The notes below the pieces were generated by a model. The model was not told the origin of the DNA. It saw only the letters and a program-made list of their open reading frames with translations, and did not search any database. Made by a program: the position numbers and the translations under genes. From assembly GCA_016432445.1 (NCBI GenBank), contig CP066689.1:510001-542000 (forward strand): 32,000 nucleotides of DNA. Reading direction: 5' to 3'. Positions 15,020 to 21,646 of this stretch are shown here, one piece after another; within the stretch, counting starts at the first letter, position 1; each line of letters opens with the position of its first letter. The DNA is from Candidatus Saccharimonadota bacterium (GTDB lineage: Bacteria; Patescibacteriota; Microgenomatia; UBA1406; GWC2-37-13).

Positions 15020-16933
15020 TTATTTAATCAAAATATCTGCCAGCAGTTTTTCTAATGTCGGTAGAAGATCTTCTATTCTTCTTAACTTTTGTCCTTTTTC
15101 GCCCCATTCAAATTGAAAAGGGTCATCATGAAGAGAGTTTTCAACAGGTTTATCTACCATTTTTTCTTTTATTTCATCAGGCAGGTTTATTATTGAGTAG
15201 TCGGGCGGAATCTGGATTGCGCGGCAAATTACTCCCTTTTCCTCAAGCAGTTTTATAGCCCCTTTGCCGTCTTCTGGTTTTTCTGTTGCACCATCTGTAA
15301 TTTCAATGAGAATCCGCAGTGTATCTTTAGGATCGCTGGCAGGAAGTTTACTAAGCTCGTCGAGAACCTGCTTAAAAGCAGAGTAGTCGTATGTCCCGTC
15401 TAAACATTGGTGTGAGTTTATCGTTGTGTCAAGAAGATTATCTTCTGACTGTTGCGGGTTATCGCTTATTCTTCGATTATAAGAAGTAAAGGCACGAGTG
15501 CCGTAAGGGACAATCATAAGACTTACCCGTACAGGAAAAACAGTATTATTTATTTGTCCTTCTTTAGTAAAGAGGATAAGCGATTGTCCTATGGCATATT
15601 CAGCATCTTCCTCAAGATTAATGATTTTTTGTCCACTTTGAAACGTACTTCCTGAGTAATCTACTGGAAGCATAATGACTATTTCCTTCGGATGAATTTC
15701 TTCTCCTGAAGGCACCATAAGATCTTTTTCAAAAATAGCGGCGCTGGCTGGATTAGAGAGAAGATTAGCTAACTGTCCGGGAATACTGGAAAAATTAACT
15801 CTTGTTCCTGAAGTGAAGCCGGGAATAGCCTGAAGAGATTCTTGGAATGATTTTTGAATTAGACGCCACCAAAGATCTTTAAGGTTATTTATTACCTGTG
15901 CAGTTCTTTCTTTTCTTTCCCACATGGTTTGGATTTCTTCATCACTATGCCCGCAGTTTTTCATCCTTTCTTCGAAATCTTTTCTTTGGTTTTCTTTGGC
16001 ATTTTGGCTTGATGAGCGGTTTTTTTTATCTAAATATTTATCAACCTCTTTAAAATTATCCGCATCTGTCGGATCAAAATCTTCATCAATGTCGCCGTCC
16101 TCCTCTTCGTTATCCTCACCTTCAGCGTTTTTAGGCTTTTGAGAACGGTTATTATCAATATCATCCTGCAGAAGTTTTTCAAATACCGGCATAACAACAT
16201 TCTTTAAAGAAAAAATAGCTGACGCTAAAGATGGAGCTTGCTGAACTTCTGCTCTTATAAAATCTTCCATTGAGTCATAGTGAGTTCCCAGGAAATCTAT
16301 AGGTTGAGCAAGAACTTGGGCTACTTGGGGGCTGACATTAATTTGAGCATCAGGCACCATAAGTTTTTTTATTGTATAGTCTAAAAGCTGAGAGTGATGA
16401 GGTCTTTGCGAATAATCAGCTCCCGGGAAAAGTTTTTTATCGTAAAGTTCGGTTGGTGTTTCTTGCCACTTTTCGCCCGGCTGGAAAGCCTGCATTCTTT
16501 TTACAATCCGGTTATTGTCATTAAGATCGAGGTAAATATTGAAAAACTTTTTCCAGGCTCTTTTATGCGCCGGGTTGTCGCCTGCTTTAGCTTTAATTAT
16601 TTCAAAGACCTGTTTATAAGTTATTGGATCTTCAAGGTATTGAAGGAAGTGGCCTATTTCATGACCTAAGACAAAAACTCTTTCAGGAGTAGTGAGCTGA
16701 AGTTTTTCTGATAACTGCGAGCCAAAGTGAGCTGTAGGAGTGTCTTCGTGTGTAAAGAAAGCTTTTTTTCCGGGATAAACACGGATTTTTATGCCGGTGC
16801 CTGCCATAACCTCACTGGCCCACTGTAAAGATTCGACGTGCTTGCGAATTTCCGGATCAACAGGTTTATCTGGAGGCGGTTTTCCTCCTAAGGCGGCAAG
16901 ATATTGGGGATGTTGTAAATCTTCATAAGACAT
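15020..16933 (-). CDS. HExxH metallopeptidase-motif + von Willebrand A (MIDAS) domain protein
   Basis: 637 aa. VFVLGHEIGHFLQY (HEIGH = nt 16649-16663). Acidic linker KPKNAEGEDNEEEDGDIDEDFDPTDAD. C-terminal VWA-like region with IVIMLPVDYSGST (DxSxS = nt 15647-15661), and later LDGT and ILIEITDG. No signal peptide. Confidence 0.8.
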   Translation of the reverse strand: MSYEDLQHPQYLAALGGKPPPDKPVDPEIRKHVESLQWASEVMAGTGIKIRVYPGKKAFFTHEDTPTAHFGSQLSEKLQLTTPERVFVLGHEIGHFLQYLEDPITYKQVFEIIKAKAGDNPAHKRAWKKFFNIYLDLNDNNRIVKRMQAFQPGEKWQETPTELYDKKLFPGADYSQRPHHSQLLDYTIKKLMVPDAQINVSPQVAQVLAQPIDFLGTHYDSMEDFIRAEVQQAPSLASAIFSLKNVVMPVFEKLLQDDIDNNRSQKPKNAEGEDNEEEDGDIDEDFDPTDADNFKEVDKYLDKKNRSSSQNAKENQRKDFEERMKNCGHSDEEIQTMWERKERTAQVINNLKDLWWRLIQKSFQESLQAIPGFTSGTRVNFSSIPGQLANLLSNPASAAIFEKDLMVPSGEEIHPKEIVIMLPVDYSGSTFQSGQKIINLEEDAEYAIGQSLILFTKEGQINNTVFPVRVSLMIVPYGTRAFTSYNRRISDNPQQSEDNLLDTTINSHQCLDGTYDYSAFKQVLDELSKLPASDPKDTLRILIEITDGATEKPEDGKGAIKLLEEKGVICRAIQIPPDYSIINLPDEIKEKMVDKPVENSLHDDPFQFEWGEKGQKLRRIEDLLPTLEKLLADILIK

Positions 16934-16942
16934 AAATATTTG

Positions 16943-19069
16943 TTAGGCCGCGGCTCCCATAATAGCAGCTTCATCTTTACAGAAGAGTTGAAGCGCGCCT
17001 TTATCTCCTGTTTCTTTATCAAACTTATTAAACTCACGTAAAAAAGTGGCAATTTCGTCTCTTTTATGCTGCATTTCGCTTATTTTTGCCATAACTAGCT
17101 CGCGGCTTGGTGCGTTAGTTTTTCCTTCAACAGTAGTAACTGTTATGGTTTCCGGCATTTTATAGCCTGCAAAGGCTTCAGCCACTTCTTGGGCTGTGAA
17201 AAGCTTCAATCGCTGATCAGCTATGGAGACGTCATTTTTATTGATTGCGCCGTTAAGTTTTAGATTTTTTGAGGCCTGTTCTATCTCTAATTTTCCTTCC
17301 CAATAATTGCCTTCAAAAAAACCATAACTATTTTTCATGATGCTAAAAAAATATGCAGCTTCGCGGGGAGCTATAACGCTTGTTGGTCTAATTAGATGTT
17401 CGTAGAGATGGTAGTCTAATGGATATCTGAAGCCTTCAGCTTTCCAGCTTTTTAAAATATCCACAAGAGTACGCATCGAGGCATGTGATTGCTGAAGTCT
17501 TAACTCTGTGCCGTCAGAAAATTTATCAGAATCCCGGAGCGGTTTTCCGGCAAAATTATTTTGGAAAACCTTAAAAGCTTGAGTCATCTTCCATACCTTT
17601 TCTAAAGAGTCCTCTGGTGCGTAAAGATTACCTTTTTGATCAACCAGTATAGCCATACTTATTTGAAAAAGCTCTCTTTTTTTAGGTTTTTCTCCATTTT
17701 TTCTTTTTACGCTGTCGATAACACAGTTATTTAAGGTAAGATCAATCTCATCCTGAGGGGGAGTGTTGTACTCAAAAAGACCGGAATTAAGCCTGTTTAT
17801 GAAAGCCGGATCAAGAGCCGATCTTTCAAGGTATCTCTGGGCATTAGAAAGACTTAAGTTTCCGGTAAATATAATGCCAAACCCCTTCTTTACCTCAATT
17901 TTATTGCCGGCCGGAGTGATTATAAACGATCCGGGTCTAGTCTGCATAACCTCATTTATAGAGGCAAGAAGAGCTGGATTAATATAATTAAACTCATCAA
18001 TAATAACTATTTTTCCTTCTTCGGCCGCTTTCATAACTTGTCCCAAAAATTCTTTAGGGCTAAACTGAGGCGTACTGCTTTGATTTAAGACTATCTGATC
18101 AATAGTTTTCAATCTTTCCTCAAGTTCGGTGGCTTCCATATCTCCTTGAACCATTTGTAGGTATCTTGCTTTAGCTTCTTCAGAGAGTCTTAGTGCTTGC
18201 TCAGGCGCTACGACTTTAGTTTCTAACCCAAGAAAAGAGAGAAGATCTTCTCGGGTGGTAAATTTATGTCCGGTTACAAAATAATAAGGAGAGCCTTTTT
18301 CGCCTAGGTGAAACTTTTTGTAGCTTTCGGTAGCAATTCTTTTTGAAACCTGGGTTTTCCCAGTGCCGGTCTCGCCGACCAAAGCAACCATTCCTTTTTG
18401 CATCAGTTTTAGAGTGATTTCTTCTTCAAGGTTAGCCAGTGTTTCTGTAGTGACGATATTGGTGGTGTTAAGCTGGTGTTTAAAATCTCTTAACTGCAGT
18501 AAGTTGTGGGCAAGGAAAGACTCAGGATCAATAAAAGGCAGCTGATCTTTATAAACTCCTCTAAGATTCTTTATCATTTCTTCATAATTATTTTTCTGAT
18601 CGATTGTAGCGGCATTAACCCGGTTGGTATCTAGAGCTGCCGATTCTTTTAAGGAGCGCAGTTCACTCTGCATAGCGTTAATAACATTCTTTATGTTAGT
18701 TGCGTTGACAATATATCCTCTTAGTCTACCGGTACTTTCCTGAATTAGTATATTTTGTTCCTCATCTGTGCCCAATTTTCCCGCTTCTACCCTTAATGTT
18801 TCTCTTTCTTTAGCTAATCTTTCAATACCTCCTGATGTTTGAATCTCTTCAGCGCCGACAGCTACTTGTTCTAAGGTTGCTTTTTCAGGTGGAATATAAC
18901 GGTTATAAAGATTCCAGGCTTTAGAAAGAGTATCATTTGGGGATGGATGACTTTGCTTAGCGTCTCTTACTTCTGGTTGAGAAATATCATATCGATCATG
19001 ACTTCGCAGTTTTTGCATAACAGCATAAAGCTCGTTGTTTTGTATAGGAACTTCGACTAGATTTGGCAT
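16943..19069 (-). CDS. AAA+ ATPase, MoxR / dynein-midasin-related (AAA_5-like) type, with long N- and C-terminal extensions
   Basis: 708 aa. Walker A MVALVGETGTGKT (nt 18353-18376). Walker B KIVIIDEFN (VIIDEF = nt 17990-18007). FGIIFTGN (sensor 1 Asn), ALDPAFINRL, and a lid-like SMRTLVDIL. About 220-aa coiled-coil-like N-terminal region. About 115 aa lie between Walker A and Walker B. Confidence 0.85.
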   Translation of the reverse strand: MPNLVEVPIQNNELYAVMQKLRSHDRYDISQPEVRDAKQSHPSPNDTLSKAWNLYNRYIPPEKATLEQVAVGAEEIQTSGGIERLAKERETLRVEAGKLGTDEEQNILIQESTGRLRGYIVNATNIKNVINAMQSELRSLKESAALDTNRVNAATIDQKNNYEEMIKNLRGVYKDQLPFIDPESFLAHNLLQLRDFKHQLNTTNIVTTETLANLEEEITLKLMQKGMVALVGETGTGKTQVSKRIATESYKKFHLGEKGSPYYFVTGHKFTTREDLLSFLGLETKVVAPEQALRLSEEAKARYLQMVQGDMEATELEERLKTIDQIVLNQSSTPQFSPKEFLGQVMKAAEEGKIVIIDEFNYINPALLASINEVMQTRPGSFIITPAGNKIEVKKGFGIIFTGNLSLSNAQRYLERSALDPAFINRLNSGLFEYNTPPQDEIDLTLNNCVIDSVKRKNGEKPKKRELFQISMAILVDQKGNLYAPEDSLEKVWKMTQAFKVFQNNFAGKPLRDSDKFSDGTELRLQQSHASMRTLVDILKSWKAEGFRYPLDYHLYEHLIRPTSVIAPREAAYFFSIMKNSYGFFEGNYWEGKLEIEQASKNLKLNGAINKNDVSIADQRLKLFTAQEVAEAFAGYKMPETITVTTVEGKTNAPSRELVMAKISEMQHKRDEIATFLREFNKFDKETGDKGALQLFCKDEAAIMGAAA

Positions 19070-19075
19070 ATTTTT

Positions 19076-19104
19076 AATCTATAATATATCCATTACTATT
19101 TCAA
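19076..19104 (-). promoter_or_regulatory. candidate internal promoter for the AAA+ gene, leaderless geometry
   Basis: The minus strand reads TTGAAA (19104-19099), 17-nt spacer, TAGATT (19081-19076), then 6 nt to ATG (19069). It sits in the only sizeable (61-nt) gap of the operon. Confidence 0.4.
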
Positions 19105-19130
19105 GAGATTATTTTTATAAAATATTGTTC

Positions 19131-20096
19131 TTAATTACTTACAACTGCGAGTTCTCCTGTAAATTTAAGTTTACCTGCGTTTTGCAATTTTAATACTTGC
19201 TCTTTAACTTCTTCAGAAGACACTGATACTGATTCATCCTGTGAAGAACCATTACCTCTACCTATTTCTTCCAACTGAGGAAATGTTTCTTCAAAATCTA
19301 TATATGCAAGTTTATTAATGAATAAAGCACCTTTAATTTTTCTTAATTTTGCCGCCGATTTAAAAATTGATGATTGTCGAAAAGTATGTGAAATTCCAAT
19401 AACTAAATCTCCATGGACTTCTTCCAGAGCAGGTAAAAAGCGAATGTTTGTACCAGATAAATCAAAATTACCTGTTTTTTTTAATCCGTTAAGTGATTTT
19501 AATACTGGAGATTCTACAAACGTATAACCTCCGGTTTCTTCCAAAGAATCTAAATGTTTGAGACCAATATTATGTATGTGTAATGATCCTGTTTTTTTTA
19601 ATCTTGCCATTGATTTTAAGTAAGGTAGATTATTTAAAGTTAAGCTATCGACTTCTTCTAAATAATCTACAAATTCAGTAGAAAGATTTTGTAGTGTTAA
19701 TATACCGGCTACTTTTCTGATTAAGTTAGGAAGAAATATTTTCTCATAGGTGCGATGTCCGTGTGGATCGCCATAAATTGCTTTTCCTAAATGTAAGTTG
19801 TTGTTTACCACCACTCTTTGATTATCTTCAAAACCTATGTTTTGCATAAAATTCTTCTTTTGCTCTTCATCAGTATACGGATACCACTGCATAAGTAAAT
19901 CTCTTGCATGTTGTTGGTATTCTTTAATTAAAGCTTGTTTTTCTCCATCAATCTTTGACATTAGATCGGTTAGTTTTTGATCATTTTCTGGATATGGGTT
20001 TGAGATGTAAGATTTTAATTCTTCTTCTAAAGCAGGGAATTGATCGGCAAGTGGTTTGAGTCTCTCTCGAAAGGTTTGGCAAAAGGTTTGCGGCAT
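19131..20096 (-). CDS. solenoid-repeat paralog 3
   Basis: 321 aa. MPQTFCQTFRERL..., QWYPYTDEEQ, FEDNQRVVV, FLPNLIRKVAG. Units DYLEEVDS, DSLEETGG, PALEEVHG, PQLEEIGR alternate with RLKKTGSL, GLKKTGNF, KLRKIKGA. Tail KLKFTGELAV. Confidence 0.8.
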   Translation of the reverse strand: MPQTFCQTFRERLKPLADQFPALEEELKSYISNPYPENDQKLTDLMSKIDGEKQALIKEYQQHARDLLMQWYPYTDEEQKKNFMQNIGFEDNQRVVVNNNLHLGKAIYGDPHGHRTYEKIFLPNLIRKVAGILTLQNLSTEFVDYLEEVDSLTLNNLPYLKSMARLKKTGSLHIHNIGLKHLDSLEETGGYTFVESPVLKSLNGLKKTGNFDLSGTNIRFLPALEEVHGDLVIGISHTFRQSSIFKSAAKLRKIKGALFINKLAYIDFEETFPQLEEIGRGNGSSQDESVSVSSEEVKEQVLKLQNAGKLKFTGELAVVSN

Positions 20097-20105
20097 AAAA
20101 AAATA

Positions 20106-21038
20106 TTACCATTTTCCACTCTCATAATCTATATCACCATTGAATTTTAATTCACCTTTTTTTTCTAGATCTTTAATTTGTTTCCTAATATCTTCATTTG
20201 GTACAAAAAATGCTGTATTTATACGAAGTCCTATAGGAGCGCTGGTGGGTCTAACTTCTTCCAATACAGGAAAAACTGCTCTAAAATCGTCAATTTTTAA
20301 ATCTGATATATCAAGTGTGCCGCCTACTTTTCTGAGTTTTTTCATTGATACTAAACTGTTATTTAAAGAACAGTCCGCTACAACTTCCTCAAGTAAATCG
20401 AGCCTTTCAATACAAGTTCCGCTAAAATCAGCGTCTCCTCTCACTTTTTTTAATTTAGGTAATGATTTTAAGCTCTGAACATTATTTAAATCAAGACCGC
20501 CGGCTTCTTCTAAGCTTTCCAGCGATTCAATATTTGTGTTAGCGAAATTTGCATTACCGCCAATTCTTCTTAATCTTTTCATAGATCTTAAGCTGGAAGA
20601 ATTATTTACAAGAAGACTACCGTCAACTTCTTCAAGATAATCAATAAATGTCATTGCTTCGTTGTTACACCGTAAATCGCCAGTAATCTTTCTTATAAGA
20701 GACGGGATGTAGAAAATTTGAGCAAGAGGTCCGCCAGAATTTATAGCACAATCAATAATAACTCTTTGTGAGTTTTCAAAGCGGACAGATGATAAAAAAT
20801 CAGATATGTTTACGTGTGCACCATGAGGGTACCATTTTTTAAGCATTAGTATCACCTGTGATTGATATTTCTCAACAAATTTTTGTTTACTTGCATAAAT
20901 CTTAGCGATTAATTCTTCAGTTTGTACCAGCCCGGAAGGGTCTGACAATAATCGTGATACTTCAGCATCAGTAGTAGAGAATAAGCTCGAAAGAGACAAG
21001 ATTTCCTTTTGAAAAGTTTGGCAGTAGGCGGTGGTCAT
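20106..21038 (-). CDS. solenoid-repeat paralog 4
   Basis: Track ORF 20106..21062 begins at a TTG. ATG 21038 gives MTTAYCQTFQKE..., aligning with the other three N-termini. KWYPHG, FENSQRVII, YIPSLIRKITG. Units DYLEEVDG, ESLEEAGG, DLLEEVVA, PVLEEVRP alternate with RLRRIGGN, KLKKVRGD, KLRKVGGT. Tail ELKFNGDIDY. Confidence 0.8.
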   Translation of the reverse strand: MTTAYCQTFQKEILSLSSLFSTTDAEVSRLLSDPSGLVQTEELIAKIYASKQKFVEKYQSQVILMLKKWYPHGAHVNISDFLSSVRFENSQRVIIDCAINSGGPLAQIFYIPSLIRKITGDLRCNNEAMTFIDYLEEVDGSLLVNNSSSLRSMKRLRRIGGNANFANTNIESLESLEEAGGLDLNNVQSLKSLPKLKKVRGDADFSGTCIERLDLLEEVVADCSLNNSLVSMKKLRKVGGTLDISDLKIDDFRAVFPVLEEVRPTSAPIGLRINTAFFVPNEDIRKQIKDLEKKGELKFNGDIDYESGKW

Positions 21039-21114
21039 GATTTTAAGTATATAAAAAAACAATTGAATTCGTTAGGAGTTTTGCGTTATGGGTCTAGGTT
21101 GAACTTAATTCCTC

Positions 21115-21143
21115 TTGACATCTGATGGGAAATGGCGTTAAAT
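21115..21143 (+). promoter_or_regulatory. candidate dcw (mraZ) promoter, leaderless geometry
   Basis: Consensus TTGACA (21115-21120), 17-nt spacer, TTAAAT (21138-21143), then 8 nt to ATG 21152. ATGG motifs recur at 21132, 21142 and 21152 (10-nt phase). Confidence 0.5.
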
Positions 21144-21151
21144 GGTTATAT

Positions 21152-21547
21152 ATGGTTTTTTTTGGTGAATATGAAGTCTCATTTACGGCTCCGGGAAGAA
21201 TTATATTACCAAAAAAACTTAGAGAACTATTAAAAGGAAACGTTTTGGTTTTATCAAAAGGATTTGATTCATGCTTATCAGGTTATGACAAAGAAGATTG
21301 GGAAACGAGGGCTAAAAGTTTGCTTGGAGTATCACTTTTGGAAAAAGAGAATTTGGATAAAAAAAGATTTCTTTTTGCCTCAGCTGTGTACCTTGAAATA
21401 GATGATCAGGGAAGATTTGTGATCCCGCGGAATCTTTTGCTATATGCCAATCTGGAAGGAAAGGCTTGCATTATTGGAGCAGGAGATCATTTTGAGGTTT
21501 GGGATGTAAAAAAATGGCAAATATATCTTAAGGATGTTAAATCTTAA
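21152..21547 (+). CDS. mraZ: transcriptional regulator MraZ
   Basis: MVFFGEYEVSFTAPGRIILPKKLRE plus a second half, DDQGRFVIPRNL, giving two SpoVT/AbrB-like repeats. ATG 21152 gives the canonical MF.GEY N-terminus. First gene of the dcw cluster. Confidence 0.9.
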   Translation: MVFFGEYEVSFTAPGRIILPKKLRELLKGNVLVLSKGFDSCLSGYDKEDWETRAKSLLGVSLLEKENLDKKRFLFASAVYLEIDDQGRFVIPRNLLLYANLEGKACIIGAGDHFEVWDVKKWQIYLKDVKS

Positions 21548-21578
21548 AATCCAAATGTCAAATTTCAAATGTCAAATG
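21546..21578 (+). repeat. heptamer-phased dispersed repeat, copy a (mraZ|rsmH junction)
   Basis: AAAATCC AAATGTC AAATTTC AAATGTC AAATG. Contains the 19-nt core CAAATGTCAAATTTCAAAT (21552-21570). 25 nt (21546-21570) are identical to 24460-24484. Confidence 0.9.
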
Positions 21579-21591
21579 AGTTTAGTAATTC

Positions 21592-21646
21592 GGATTTTGA
21601 AATTTGGACTTGTTTTGATATTTGTCATTTGAGCTTTGACATTTTT
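21592..21646 (-). repeat. inverted, degenerate copy of the same repeat, head-to-head with copy a
   Basis: The reverse complement reads AAAAATGTCAAAGCTCAAATGACAAATATCAAAACAAGTCCAAATTTCAAAATCC. GCTCAAATGACAAAT matches copy d (GCTCAAATGTCAAAT) with 1 mismatch. Confidence 0.7.

Noticed and set aside
15055-20478. Plus-strand ORFs inside the six-gene cluster (15055..15258, 15452..15655, 15924..16142, 16394..16669, 17763..17987, 18363..18545, 19318..19527, 20140..20478)
   Set aside because: They are antisense to genes with clear motifs (Walker A/B, HExxH, MIDAS, conserved paralog blocks). Their translations are Ser/Phe/Leu-rich, as expected from the reverse complement of Glu/Lys-rich coding sequence.
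13058-21038. Conserved Cys near the N-terminus of the four paralogs considered as a lipoprotein lipobox
   Set aside because: The Cys is at residue 5-7 with no preceding hydrophobic signal peptide or L-[AS]-[GA]-C context. The proteins therefore look cytoplasmic.
21039-21062. TTG-initiated 8-aa extension of paralog 4 (MFFYILKI)
   Set aside because: ATG 21038 aligns the N-terminus (MTTAYCQTF) with the other three paralogs, which all start 3-5 residues before [FY]CQTF.
21569-21646. N-terminal 26-aa extension of rsmH (MSNEFSNSDFEIWTCFDICHLSFDIF), and a 25-aa ORF at 21555..21632 (MSNFKCQMSLVIRILKFGLVLIFVI)
   Set aside because: Both are read-throughs of the inverted repeat pair. RsmH homologs start at the H.PVLL motif, which ATG 21647 provides. 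The hydrophobic tail of the mini-ORF is what the T-rich inverted arm encodes. This cannot be excluded without ribosome profiling.
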